Positions 9,999 through 23,549 of a DNA stretch of 64,000 nucleotides are shown here, one piece after another. Both the position numbers and the translations under genes were made by a program. The DNA is taken from positions 735,646 to 799,645 of the forward strand of contig RHPI01001737.1 of the NCBI GenBank assembly GCA_009103225.1. Reading direction: 5' to 3'. Within the stretch, counting starts at the first letter, position 1; each line of letters starts with the position of its first letter. This DNA is from Chlorokybus atmophyticus (Eukaryota; Plantae; Mesostigma and Chlorokybus algae). Below the pieces are notes generated by a model that was given only the letters and a program-made list of their open reading frames with translations, did not search any database and was not told where the DNA came from.

Positions 9999-12772
9999 CA
10001 GGATCAATTATATATGCAAGTAGCACATCAATGCGTATGGTTGTGTGCTCCTATAAGAGCGTATGCATGAACAGAATGCAATGGCAGGGAGGGGAACAAA
10101 CAGTGGCAAGGCAATAAGTGAAAGATGCGCGTATATAACATGACACTGTACCAATGCTTTAATCCATGGCGCACATCACTGCGCACGAACAGTGAATGCC
10201 TCATGCCTGCACTGCGCACATTCATGCACACTTATTGCGGCACCATTCTTTCCGGTGTTCGCTTTGACAACCTTGTACTCGTGCACAATTACAAGGGGGA
10301 GATTTGTGTTGAACCGGTTGGTCGACACGAACCCCCTCTTCTTATCCCTTGGTGTCCACACGGCATTGGGCCGTGCATCATCAGATGATCTACATAAATA
10401 TAATCTGCGCATAAGTTGAACGTACGCTGAGATCATCCAAGTGAATGATGTCAATAGCCGTGAACTTCATGACCTCGGAAGGTTCCGTTGCGCATTGGAA
10501 CATGGGATGCACCCGCAAACACCGGCATGTGTGTACATGTGCAAGTGTTAACACGCATGTGTTGTCCACACAAGGGGCAAAGCCGTTGTACCAATCGGAA
10601 AACAACACCTCTACATCGTTGGGGGCCCCACCACAACCCCATGCTGCACAGCCGTTCGCCTGCATATGGCGGCCTGCGCATGGTAGCACGCAAATGTACG
10701 TTATACACAATAAAGTGCACTATGTACATGCATACATGCCTAAGTGGTTGCATAACATGTGTATGTGCATCTGCACTGCGCATATCTGACGGAATGCACA
10801 AGCACATGTACACATGCTGACACAAGCATATCACAAGTTTTAATTCCTTGAACTTCTTAGTCGTGCTTCTGAAAAAGGGCCTCAGCGAGGACAACACAGT
10901 TTTGGCCTTGTACTTGGAGAAGATGATCTTTTATCTCTCTGTAGTTAGTACTTACTCTAAGCTGTCACCCGCATCCCTCGTACACCTCCCCATTTAACTT
11001 GCCGGGATCATGAAAGGCGACAACGAGAGTGAGCATTGGGTTGGTGAGTCGTTCACGTGTTCCAGGGAAGCGGGAGTGACGCTGCCGTGGCAGGAAGAAC
11101 CTGTGTGGGAGAGTTTGGGGTGATATGATAATCCGTTGCCAACATGTGTGGAAGCGGCCCCACCCGCGCGAGGCGGACAGAGGAAAGTGGCTTCAATCCG
11201 TGTCGGCGCCATGATGGGGGCCCCTATGGTGTGGGGAGCGGTAGAAGAGGGTGTAGATGAGGAGGAGAATGGGCGGGCCTCCTCCCGATTGCCCGATGCA
11301 ATATTTTATCTCCTTGGCGAGCACGGCTCCTGCTCCACTCGCTCCCTTTCTTGCTGTGCGTGCAGGTGAAAGGGCAAGAGCAGCGCACCCAACATAATCC
11401 ACCTCGAATTAAAGGAGGGGCCTGCAGTGAAGGGCTGTCCAGAAAGACCCAAGTGCAGTATTCATGGGATAGAGTAGGCCAAGTGTTCGCAGTCCGACAC
11501 ATTGTCGCCCGTCCATGTGGCGGGGTAGCGGGCCGCCGAGAAAGTTGGCGGGCCAGAGAACACGAGAGGGTGGTTGTGTGTATGCACCATCTGCATGCCG
11601 TATACGTTGTAATATTGCATGTGCGGACCCTGACCGCCTCCCAATTCTTCATCCCCCCCTGTGCACGTTGTCTTGCGCATAGAGTGGATGTTGGTGAGTT
11701 CAGAAGGGTTGAACTCTGATGAACAAATATAGGACGACCAGCTGATTTCACATAACCTTATGTCACGCTGCCAAGCACAGGTGCACACGCACATCAATCA
11801 AAAGCGGTATGTACATACACACACGCGCACCATCATCCTCTCCCCCCCCCCCCGTTCAAAGGCAANNNNNNNNNNNNNNNNNNNNNNNNNNNNNNNNNNN
11901 NNNNNNNNNNNNNNNNNNNNNNNNNNNNNNNNNNNNNNNNNNNNNNNNNNNNNNNNNNNNNNNNNNNNNNNNNNNNNNNNNNNNNNNNNNNNNNNNNNNN
12001 NNNNNNNNNNNNNNNNNNNCCCCCCCCCCCCGTTCCGTGCGAGCGCATGTTCTCCCACATCCCCAGCCACAGCCACAGACACACGTGCATGCTCACATGT
12101 ACACAACACGCACCAGCAGCATGGTCTTGGAGGCCACGCGCAATATTTTCATTACATATCATGTCATTCCAGATGCCATCGACACCGTGCGGCCCTTTGC
12201 TGCCTGCAGCGCAAAGAGAGATACACACAGCATCGTCACTTGCATGTGTGCAATGTAAAGAGCGCAGAGTTTGTGTATGTGTTCCTCCCTCTCTCACCAC
12301 AACGAGCACTGCGTCTGGCTCTGTGCCAGCAAAACCCAGGCTGCAGAGGGAGCAGATAGCCGGCGCAATGCTATGCACACACACATTGCTTGTGTGGACA
12401 ACCAACAGGAAATATATAGTTGTGTCCTTCGGATTATAGTTGATACTCGCTGCTCATCTCCAACAATTGTACGTCGGGCTCGCATAACCAGTGGTACTGA
12501 TGTCATCTGACAGCCACTGAAGCGGCATCGGCGGCAAGCCTGTGTCAAACATACAGGGGTCACATGCATATGCGCATGTGTGCAGAACAAGTTGCGTGTA
12601 CATATGTGTGTACCAGCTGCTGCAACCGTTTATGATTAATACGTTCCACCAATGCGTACAGGTTATGAGGTCACCCCTATCAACAAAGAGGACCACCAAT
12701 GCTTGCTCACGTACCGTAAACTGGCTCAGAAGCCTGCCACCTTGCCAGTGTTGTAGCAGCAGGTGCCCTCCG

Positions 12773-13020
12773 GGAGCTGCGGGCACATGCACACACATGC
12801 AATTAGCAGTCCAAGCAGTAACACATCAACGCATGTATGCATGCATGACAAAAACGTTGAGACACACGTACTGCAAATGTCCACGGACACGCACACGCAC
12901 ATGCACATATATGTCAAGAACACTGAGACACACATAGTGCAAATGTGTACGTACATGCACACGCCAAGTACATATTGTGCTCTCGCGCGCGTGAGTGCTT
13001 GCACACGCGCACACACACAC
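12773..13020. repeat. CA/TG-rich dispersed repeat, copy 1 of 2 (intron-like)
   Basis: GTGCCCTCCGGGAGCTGCGGGCACATGCAC... aligns with 13581-13880, including the internal sub-repeat ATGTCAAGRACACTGAGRCACACAT. Confidence 0.75.
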
Positions 13021-13580
13021 AGACGCGTCTCAGACAGCCTTGTGCTAGGACAACACGTACAGAGCAGGGGGCTTCGGCCCTGTTGCTTAAACTCACCAAC
13101 CAAGGCAGCAGTGTCAGCATTCAGCACAATCCTGTTTGCTAGAGCGAGAAAGCACTGCTCAAGCAGCAACAACTGCGTCACACGAACGCAGATGCTCACA
13201 GACTGGTGGGAATCACGGCCGTTTGGCACAAATGTTGTTGTGTGTGTGTTGTTGTGTGCGAGTGCAGCCCCCTTACGTTACTCACCTGCCCCTTTCATCA
13301 GGTCCAGCGCCAGAGCCTCAGCCAACTCTTGATGTGTTCTTCTGCTCCAGCTCAATGTCCCTGTCGCCATCAGTGGCTATGCCTGCGGTTGCTGCAACAA
13401 CAGAGAGAGTGGTGTGTCGTGTACATGTCCATCACCACCATCCCATAAACGGTTTTTCATCTGCGACCGTGGCGATAACAAAAGAAGCACACGCAGAACG
13501 AATCATTGACAACCAATGAAGAGCAGGAAGCAACTGCAGACAGTCCTGTAGCAGTCAAAAGCATGTACACGTAGCAGGAG

Positions 13581-13880
13581 GTGCCCTTGGGAGCTGCGGG
13601 CACATGCACGCACATGCAGTGAGCAGTCCAATGCTGTAACACATCAAAACGCAGACGCATGCATGACAACAACATTCAGACACATATGCAAATGTCTACG
13701 GACATGCGCACGCCAAGTACCCAGCATCATGCAGACACACACGCACACGCACGCATGCCGACACATGTCAAGGACACTGAGGCACACATAATGCAAATGT
13801 ACATGGACATGCACGCGCCTAATACCCATTGTGCACGTGCACACTTGCGCGCACTCCCACACCCACACGCACACGCACGC
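13581..13880. repeat. CA/TG-rich dispersed repeat, copy 2 of 2 (intron-like)
   Basis: Aligns with 12773-13020. Confidence 0.75.
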
Positions 13881-14050
13881 ACATCACAAACAGTGGACTC
13901 ATTTCTCTAGAGGCTGGGCCGTTTTTACTATTACTTGTCCCTCTAAGTCTACTTGTCCCTCTAAGTCCACAAGGACAAGACAGCTGCGCCATGTTTGTGT
14001 ACCTGCCAGCACACGGCAGCCATTGTGCTGGGACTGCTCCAGCAATGCTC

Positions 14051-14530
14051 TCACACCACATCATTGCACCAGACGAACCCAATGCCCACGGTGAGAGGCG
14101 CAGACCACAGGTTGTCGTTGACCCAGGTGCATCCGGCACCGCCGTAATAGATGTCATGTTCAATCAGAGCAACGCCCGGTGGTGCTGGGGTATTTTTGCG
14201 GCATGTGACCTGCACAGCCTTTCCGGAGCGCCGATCGTTTGGACTGGCAATAAAGATGTTAGCTGTGCTGCCTTGGAAAGAATAGGCACCCTGGAAGTAG
14301 TAGCTGGAACATCCATCTGCCGCCATGGACTTTGGCACTGGAATACACGGTCCAGAGCCGCCTGATACAGAGCATGGAGAGGCGAGGACTTCGAAACTGA
14401 CGTCCTTCAACGTGTTCACTGGCCTGCAGGTTTTCGTGGTGGTGGCGGCATGAACACCCGCAAGTCCTGCTGTTAGCATGACTGCTGCCAGGAGCAGCGC
14501 CGTCTTCATCGCCGCCATGGTGCGCTTCAC
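14051..14530 (-). CDS. Putative secreted Cys-containing protein (first exon or whole ORF; family unknown)
   Basis: 159-aa ORF with N-terminal signal peptide (MAAMKTALLLAAVMLTAGLAGVHA) and protein-like composition; splice-site-bounded segments downstream (10.2-13.9 kb) contain stops. Confidence 0.5.
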   Translation of the reverse strand: MKRTMAAMKTALLLAAVMLTAGLAGVHAATTTKTCRPVNTLKDVSFEVLASPCSVSGGSGPCIPVPKSMAADGCSSYYFQGAYSFQGSTANIFIASPNDRRSGKAVQVTCRKNTPAPPGVALIEHDIYYGGAGCTWVNDNLWSAPLTVGIGFVWCNDVV

Positions 14531-14722
14531 TTCTGCGTCAAGAGCAAGAGCAAGTTACTGTCAAGAGCAAGTTAAGACGCATGCCAGAATGTTATCTAGC
14601 ATGCAAGGCGAGACTTACCAGCTAGACTTCTGCGTCAAGAGCAAAAGCAAATTACTGTCAAGAGCAAGTTGAGACGCATGCCAGAATATTATCTACCATG
14701 CAAGGGGAGACTTACCAGCTAG
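14529..14722. repeat. Tandem duplication, ~97-bp unit x2
   Basis: CTTCTGCGTCAAGAGCAA...GACTTACCAGCTAGA occurs twice back to back, directly upstream of the 14530 ATG. Confidence 0.85.
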
Positions 14723-15104
14723 AGGGAGTCTGATGCGAGGAGGATGCAGACCACCCGGTAGCCAACGGCAGTGTCTGTTGACGCTCACTGTGTGCATCAC
14801 CAGGAGACCTTCCCCTTTTTATACCCGACTGCCCATTTTTGTAATTTTGGAGGACATTTGGCTACCACAACTCACAAAGGACCGTACCGGGACTAGTATA
14901 CACCGTGCCAAGCGCCCGCGCCCGTCTCGAGGACTGGTCACTGGTGCGGTATAGGGCTGGCTAATGCTGCAGGCTGCAGGCAGCTCATGTCATGATGTAC
15001 AGCGACACAGGCGCCTGCCTGTTACGAGGACAATAGCTAATTCCCTTAACATTCTTGACATGGCGGCTGCGGTACCAAATTTTGACAGTGCAGCACCAGC
15101 GTGA

Positions 15105-15310
15105 GGCAGCCCACGCGATTTCTTGGCTGTCTTGCTCAGCCTAGTGGGATCACACGAAAGGACACTAGTGTTGCAGGAAGCCGCTTGCGGATACAGCGCT
15201 GACAGGTATCTACGCGAATTTGCTAGTTGCCTTGCAAGTTGTACATGGCGGCAACCACGCCACGCGGTTTCTTGGCTGTCTTGCTCAGCCTACTTGGATT
15301 TTCTTAAAAC
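15105..15310. repeat. Diverged tandem repeat (~145-bp period)
   Basis: CACGCG(A/G)TTTCTTGGCTGTCTTGCTCAGCCTA at ~15113 and ~15261. Confidence 0.6.
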
Positions 15311-17461
15311 GACACTAGTCGCAGCCAATCAACTATGCGGATGTTTGCCAAATACTAGTTTGGAAAAACTCCCAAAACGACGGTTGCGGTCAGACCGCGG
15401 CCCCGCAGAACACCTGGGATCAAAGTGTATGAAGGTATTCATACCAATAAACTTCAGACCAAAGGACTTTCCCGCGGTTTCTGCTGACAGGTACGTACCT
15501 GTCGCGGATAGTTGTCGCCTAGATGCGGCGCATTATGCTGGCAGTTAATCCGCGGGGCCGCCGGTCACCTGGGATTACTAGGCAATAAAGTAAGTAAAGG
15601 TAACTCCGAACCTATTTTAGCCGCGGCGGGATGTCGGCGCGGGGAGAGGCCGGTGTGCCCGATATCATACCGGGGCGCCGGGCATCCACCCCTTCCCCCC
15701 GGGTATGCATTGTGCAGCCAGTGCTATCTAGAACCAGCGGTGATGCTCATCGCAAGCCAGCGTTGGTCCCGTTAACACATCACGGCAGACGCGGTCTGCG
15801 GCCGCGATTGATAATTGGCTTGGATGTCAGCGTCAAAGATGGCACCGTTGGATTGAAGTTAGGTAGATCGTGGCCATACAGACATCCCTATTCAACTACT
15901 CCAGCACATGAAAATGAGCACAGCCATGTGCATTTGACGCCACATGGAAAAACTAATGTAATATCACATACACGAATACACGAATAGCCATACTCTAATT
16001 GATGTATTCCATAAGAGGAACGTTGCTTGTATATTATTATAGTATTCACATCCACATATATGTATTGTAAAACTTCAGATATATATGTACTTATAAAAAT
16101 ACATATGCTGTTATATATTGTATACATATTTGTCATACAATATTTTACTCTTAATATATGCTAATACTCTCATTAATATCGTAATATTGATTAAAGCATG
16201 TAGTGCAAGTATATATATATACTTAGATGTTCCTCGTCACAAAGTTCGGGACGAGGTTAACAAGTATTTCAAATTTTCAACAGAGCCCAGCACATAGTCC
16301 AATTGATACACCTCAGCAAGCGTCTATATGTTTGAGACCACACTTGAAATTTCCATATACCTGCCTCGTAATTAGTGTGCCGATTGCTATGCGCACGTGG
16401 AATGTCTCCTCTTGGTCCACGTACTCCGTCACGATCACACCCTACTTTGGCGGAATTAATGAGCTTGTGATGTAACATCTGCATCAATTGCCATGCTTCC
16501 CCTCCACACAAGGGAGAGATTGAGCGTATCTCATTGGTTAGTGGATGCATCTGCTGTTACATGCGATTGGATTAAACACATACCTTCAACAACCATACAC
16601 AGTGCGCGCTTTTATGTAAGGGGATTCCTCACGCGCTTGTTGCCGTTTTACAACAACCACAGCAACTCCATTCTGTAGTTGGTACTCGTGCAACCATTGC
16701 TTGATCTCAATCACCTCAACGATATGCTCCTCCAAAGAATCATGTTGCACATGCAGTTCACCGTCATCATCTAACTCTGTAATGTATTGCCGCATTTGAA
16801 TATAGCGCATCATATGGCAACTTGTATTGAATAAGTGGTGTACCATGTGAGTGCAAACCATGCTATGCTCACCTAACGGGCTGGTGCGCAATGATACAAC
16901 ACGCACGCACCTTGCGCAATGGACTGCAACATGTCGTTGCGTATTTGCACAATGGTAGCGTCATCTAAATATACATGGCTTTGCACTGATCCCAATCTCA
17001 CCACCGCAGCAACCACGCCGACGTAACAGCCTCCAAGCACCAACACTTTGTCACCCTCGTGTTTGGGCGCGATGTGATCATCTATGAAGAGAGGCGTCAC
17101 GTATGTATAAGCACGGACACAACTACCATGACACTTCATTGACAACTCACCTGCAATTGACAAGTGATGGAGGTTATTGCAATGCCTTTCGTGCTCGGCA
17201 ACCCGTCCGTATACTCCAAAGCGACTATCGCTTTACGGCTTGGTAGCACCAGATGGAGCATACCTTGTTGTTATAACTTTGCATTCAAGGGCACTCGTTG
17301 CCCCAAAAAAGGGGGAGGAAGGTTGTACTCTCTTGCACAACAAGCCATACAAGCCCATAAGCTGATTATAAACAGATGCTGCGAAATTACAAGCATGCAG
17401 CAGATGCATCCGGGAAGTTATCTTAAGGATGCATATGCTGGTGCGTATAGAGGGGGGAAGG

Positions 17462-18407
17462 NNNNNNNNNNNNNNNNNNNNNNNNNNNNNNNNNNNNNNN
17501 NNNNNNNNNNNNNNNNNNNNNNNNNNNNNNNNNNNNNNNNNNNNNNNNNNNNNNNNNNNNNNNNNNNNNNNNNNNNNNNNNNNNNNNNNNNNNNNNNNNN
17601 NNNNNNNNNNNNNNNNNNNNNNNNNNNNNNNNNNNNNNNNNNNNNNNNNNNNNNNNNNNNNNNNNNNNNNNNNNNNNNNNNNNNNNNNNNNNNNNNNNNN
17701 NNNNNNNNNNNNNNNNNNNNNNNNNNNNNNNNNNNNNNNNNNNNNNNNNNNNNNNNNNNNNNNNNNNNNNNNNNNNNNNNNNNNNNNNNNNNNNNNNNNN
17801 NNNNNNNNNNNNNNNNNNNNNNNNNNNNNNNNNNNNNNNNNNNNNNNNNNNNNNNNNNNNNNNNNNNNNNNNNNNNNNNNNNNNNNNNNNNNNNNNNNNN
17901 NNNNNNNNNNNNNNNNNNNNNNNNNNNNNNNNNNNNNNNNNNNNNNNNNNNNNNNNNNNNNNNNNNNNNNNNNNNNNNNNNNNNNNNNNNNNNNNNNNNN
18001 NNNNNNNNNNNNNNNNNNNNNNNNNNNNNNNNNNNNNNNNNNNNNNNNNNNNNNNNNNNNNNNNNNNNNNNNNNNNNNNNNNNNNNNNNNNNNNNNNNNN
18101 NNNNNNNNNNNNNNNNNNNNNNNNNNNNNNNNNNNNNNNNNNNNNNNNNNNNNNNNNNNNNNNNNNNNNNNNNNNNNNNNNNNNNNNNNNNNNNNNNNNN
18201 NNNNNNNNNNNNNNNNNNNNNNNNNNNNNNNNNNNNNNNNNNNNNNNNNNNNNNNNNNNNNNNNNNNNNNNNNNNNNNNNNNNNNNNNNNNNNNNNNNNN
18301 NNNNNNNNNNNNNNNNNNNNNNNNNNNNNNNNNNNNNNNNNNNNNNNNNNNNNNNNNNNNNNNNNNNNNNNNNNNNNNNNNNNNNNNNNNNNNNNNNNNN
18401 NNNNNNN
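17462..18407. other. Assembly gap (largest N run; others at 11866-12019, 39964-40108, 45237-45675, 50732-50780)
   Basis: N runs, almost all flanked by G/C homopolymers. Confidence 0.99.
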
Positions 18408-18650
18408 GGGGGAGAGGGGGGAGGTATGCGGGGTGAATGTATAATGGACAAGGCAGGCAATATAAGTGGCGGGGGTGAACACTCTCAATGATAAATGTTA
18501 CAAAGGGTACAAGCTTGAAGGCAATATATTCATTTTGTTGTTAGAATATAGATGCATCCACTGCGTGGGCCATTAACGACACTTGACAGACATCTGAAGC
18601 CTTCATGGTCTGAAGCTCTATGCCAATATGTGTCGTATCCACTTGCGCAC

Positions 18651-19463
18651 GATTATGCCCATTGTCCGCGCCTACCAGCCTTCATCGGGCATGCATACAT
18701 CGACACCCTCGCCCGGCCTACCAGCATACCAACCCGCGTTCGTCACTGACCAGTAGCTAGGTCATGACTCTAGATTAGCTCATGACCATAGCCTACATAG
18801 GCACCGCGCGTAGCTGTTCAGTTGTGAGTTCAGTTATAAGTTGTGTTCTACATCGCGTGGGGATTTCTGTGGAAATAGCCTCGTTTTGATCGTTAGCTTA
18901 TGTTCTGAACAGTCATGATTTGACTTGTATAAGTAGTCGCAGTGTTCACCAGATCAGCTAGTGACACTGTGAGTGAGAAAGCTAAGAAGCTTGTGAAACA
19001 ATGTGAACTACGAACACGCCGTCACGGTTATCAAGAAGCCCCTCACCGTGTGAGAGCCTGTGCATGCTCGTGTGCACTGCCCTTGTCATTGCTGTGAGCT
19101 CGATGTGCCTGGTTGCGGTGTGCGTGTTGGCATCGGTTAGAGCATAGCATCCACGTGTTGCTTGCTCATTCACCTCACTTAAAAGTGTGACACATTCTCC
19201 ACTCATGCAAAGCACTGTGTAAACAGCACTATCTATGGTAGTGGCTTGTTGACTCACAGTGTCACCCTTTTTGCTCAAGTAAGTGTGTCGCATTCTGCAT
19301 CAGGTAGTGCAGTCTGTATCTGGGGACACATCCCTGTGCATTCGTTATCACTGTCACATAGTGCACACACAAGCACTCGTGTGGTGAGCGGTAGCGGCAT
19401 CGAGACAGGCAGTAGAGCACAAACACTCTACCATGCATACACTTTCACTTGTGAAGTAGCTGT
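18651..19463 (+). repeat. 5' LTR plus leader of copy 2 (internal LTR boundary undefined)
   Basis: Aligns to the reverse complement of 9182-9998. Confidence 0.6.
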
Positions 19464-21064
19464 ATGAGCAGGCCCACCCCGTTCTCTCCAATAGAGGGTG
19501 ACCTCAGCAGCTGGAGCCCAACCTCCAACCTCACCTACGAGCGGACCAGCGACGGGAGCAGCGATCGTAGCAGCAGAGGCTCGCGCTCTATCTGTGACTT
19601 CACTCCGTTCCTGTCCACTTCTCGGCATCGAGCTTCCCCACTCTCGTCCGACATCATGTGCTTCATGAACCAGACATTGCTGCTCAATATCTGGTTCATG
19701 AAGCACATGATGTCTGGAAGTCTGTTGCTGATCGGCATCGAGTTGATGGCTATGGCGAGCTCGCCAGTTCCATAGCATCTGCGTCACTGCACAATCCAGC
19801 AGCCGTCTTTCCACCTGCCACTACCGCTGCAGTCACCGGGTTGTCCATAGCGGCAGCCGTTGACAGAGCAGAGGAGGAGGAACCTGAGTTGGTAATCGTC
19901 AACCTGACCCCTGCAGAGATTAAGATCAAGACGGCCGCATGAGGGGCCCGGATCCTGGACCGTTCTGCTGCCATCCTTGGAGAACAACGAACTGCAGCCG
20001 CTGAGGTGGGCACAGCCCTACCTTTGGCAACACTTGGCTCTCGTGCGGGAGGCAGTGCTTTCACCCTCGGGTCAATCGCACTGCGCGCACCAGCCATCAC
20101 TGTAGGTGCTGCCATCTCTGACTCTCCACTCAAGGATCTATACGCTGCACTTCGTCGCACCTTCCCACCGCAGACCACTAGCAAAGTGGAGAAATTGAGG
20201 CGGTTTCGGCGCAAGCCCAACGAGGACCCCCTACGCCTGTACTCCAGACTGGAAGGGCTGCTGAAGGACACCGACTACAAGATTGTCAGTGACAAGGCGG
20301 CTGCAGTGGTGTATGCCAATGAGTTGGATGCCACCCTGAGCGAGTCGACGCGCCTGACCCTGAACTACAGCAAGCCCCTTGTCTACACGCTCAAGGAAGC
20401 TTTGGAGACTGCACAAGCCATCGATAAGCGCTTGGTGTATGAGAAGGCAGTGCTGGACACCAACCGCAGTGCTTCACGGCCTGTAGCCAGCACAACTACA
20501 AAGCCTCCTCGCCGCGAACGTGGCCGGGACGCTCCACCAGCACGCGACAAAGGGAAACGGTCAGCTCATACTGTTTTGCCTGCTTCTGTGCTATATCATC
20601 GCTGTGGACGGCATGGGCACTACCAAAAAGAGTGCACCAAAGAGTACTCAACCCTGATCCGCGACTACCATCACAAGACGGACCACTTGGAGTTAGTTTG
20701 CTGGCTTAAGTTCCCTGAGTTGAGACCCGTCAACAGCTACAACGGCAACAACTCTGGTGGCTACAACAGCAACAACACTGGAGGCCGCAACGGCAACAAC
20801 TTTGGTGGCTACAATAGCAATCACACTGGAGGCCATCACAACACCAACAACTACGCCAACGCTCGCAAGGAAGAGCAAGGCTACAGGGGGAACAATTGCC
20901 CTGTTCAGCGCAAGGGACTTGAAGGACGTCCGCGCGCTGCTGCTGTTGCCGCCAAGGCTCCAGCCAACCCGCCCGCTGACCATATCGCTGCCCTCATGGC
21001 GCATATGGCACGCATGGAGGAAGACAAGGAGCAGGACTACCGCGCCTGCTACTGTGCCCGATGA
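19464..21064 (+). pseudogene. Gag (copy 2), with deletion/fold-back and mutated knuckle
   Basis: MSRPTPFSP...; YHRCGRHGHYQKEC (first Cys lost); four NNxGG units; homologous to 7340-9181. Confidence 0.8.
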
Positions 21065-23299
21065 GCATTGATGGCTTTAAAGCGCACGAGAGACACGAGC
21101 ACTCCGTCATGCGTTCAAGCACTCCGAGCTCGAGGGGAAGCCGATACATTGTCAGCTACCTCCTCTGAAGCCACCAGGGGTGCTGCAGCAGCAGCAACAG
21201 CCACACCGGTTGCGATGTCAACTTTGTCAACGTCAGCAGCAACTACTCCAGTTGCACCAGGAGTTGGTATACCAGTGAGCACCATAACGCCACCATTGGT
21301 AAGCACGCTGGCAACAGCCATTGCTGTCACCGACCCTGCAGCAGCAAGTCGCACCGGTCCCGCTTCAATTGCAGGACCACTTGTGTCAGCGAGCATTAAG
21401 ACCACTTTCGCGCCACTGAGCGGCACTCTCGCCACCACCGGTACTGCAATTATCAAGCCCGCTGCCACTGCAGCGACACGCGCAGCCACATTGCCCGCCC
21501 TCGACGTCACTCAAGCTGTCCCGCAAGATCAGCAAGCTGAGCGTGCTTGGGAGACCCTCATGCGTGGAGCAATTCCCACTACTATTGCTTTGGGGCGCGG
21601 AGGGGAGCGCACAACACGCGTTGAATTAAACGCGTTCATGAACAAGCAATGACCAAGTCTTCCCACTGCCTGAATATTTTACCCTGCCAATACAGACTCA
21701 TCGGCAATTGGAATGAAATTCTTGCCGGCACGGTGCCTCCTATGCGAGACCGCGTCTTTGTGGTCAAAACACCTGTTGTACTGGAGTTGACCCTACAGCT
21801 GTTCTGGACTCTGCATAACAACATGCAGACCGCGCCGCGGCAGCCCGCACCAGTTCGTCACGAATCTTTCGAGCTAAGCCCGCTGAACACGTATCGAGAC
21901 CAGCAACCCAACGTGCAGCAGCACATCGCTGATGCAGCCGACTTGCCTTTAGGTGATGACGAAGCACTAAGACCCCTCAGTACCATTCGGCTTCACGAGC
22001 GCTACACCCTCTGGAACAAGCGTTCACCTGGCGGCAAGATCAAATCGCAGCAATCAATTCAAGAGTGCAAGCCCTTGCTGTTGCTTACGCTACCGTTTCT
22101 CAACCGACAATGGCTGGCCCAGCGTCCAGCACGGCACCTCTCGCCGTGGAGCCCGACATTGACTAGGCGAGGGCGCTGGCCCAATAAACCAGGGGGGTGA
22201 TCGCCCCGCTGCTACCCGCATTGGTGGAAGACTTGCCGGACGATCAACGGGATCCACGGAGAGGCTATTTTACACCACAAGGGTGTACACAACAGGATGG
22301 AGCCGGCTCAGATGGAGAACAGGAAGTTCGCACTGTCCTGTTGCGACAAGCAACCATGCTACATCGACAAGAAGGCATCGGTTTGAGACGGATGATGGTA
22401 ATGCACGAAGGTGGCAACGCAGCGCGAGCAAAATTAGTGACTTGGCTAGTCATCAACTACCATGCAGTCCCTCTGTTCGCATTCAGCACCGGATTGTTAT
22501 GGTTGGACGCCTTCCTTTGCTCGCTTCGGCAAGCCTATGACGAGGTTGCCTCGTCAGCCACTGACACCTTAGAAGGAGCTCATGAGGCCATACTAAGGTT
22601 GCCAGGAGTGGAAGCAGCTCGACAACGCAGACGCATCGCAGCTGCTTATGAGCAGCATGTCCAACAGCTAGAGATTTACCTCATTGTGCGGGCACAAGCA
22701 ATAACGGTGCTAAAAGTGGGGGTGGTCAATGGCAGATGGGATGCCTACATGGTAGGGATCCTAAGGGTGCCCACCATCACCCACGACACAAAAGCGCGGC
22801 TCCTGCGCGCAATGTATCTCCAGCCTATGCCTCAGAACCATTGCCGGAGTGACGTGGTCGACAATTCAACAGCCACATGTGAAGGTACACTGATTAGGGA
22901 GGCAGATCATGCTGTACGTTGCACTTATGTGGAAGAACAGGCTGTGCGGGAGGCGGGCCCACAAACACCCGGTCCTCCAGGGTTTCCCCAACATCCACTA
23001 GCTACGCCGCCAGGTATGACCCCGGCTACACAGAGGCGCAATCCCCCTGCGCCACAACCAGGGCAGCCACAGGCAGCACCGCCAGCAACCAGGCCGCAGC
23101 GGGTATACCAACAGCCAAGACAAGGACGGTTCGGGCTAGGCCGCGGACAAGAAAGTTCTCAAGACCAAGTTAATCGAGGGGCGCTTGCCGCACTGCGCTC
23201 GACACCACCGGAGGAGACTGCAGCAGCAGTTACCCCACGTACACGCTACCAACAATTCAAGCGGCTGCGCATCAACGCCAATGCAGCCATAATCGCCAA

Positions 23300-23500
23300 C
23301 AAAGACAAGCATGTCACCATCAATGGACGAGCACCCAAGCGCATGATGCTGGACTCTGGAGGCCAGTGCCATCATCCAACGTTACCTCGCACGCGACCTT
23401 GGCATCACCAGCGCTGAGCCAATGCCCTGCCATACGTGCTCAACACAGCAACTGGCAACCGTGACAATGGACCAGACCACGTCTCATTGCACGGTTCCCT
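23300..23500 (+). pseudogene. Aspartic protease N-terminal half (copy 2; C-terminal half deleted relative to copy 1)
   Basis: INGRAPKRMMLDSGGQ; the DLLLGQDF segment of copy 1 is missing. Confidence 0.7.
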
Positions 23501-23549
23501 CTCCACAAGGACCAAGCTGCAGTCCAGGAGCAACACTAGGTGGCCACCG

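Noticed and set aside
15480-16230. Sharp CG-rich to AT-rich transition as a possible RNA gene or element terminus
   Set aside because: No tRNA/snRNA structure, TIR or TSD could be identified.
16230-17400. Protein-like minus-strand fragments, one faintly GIY-YIG-like (GVYGRVAEHERH)
   Set aside because: No complete motif set and frames are fragmented; cannot assign.
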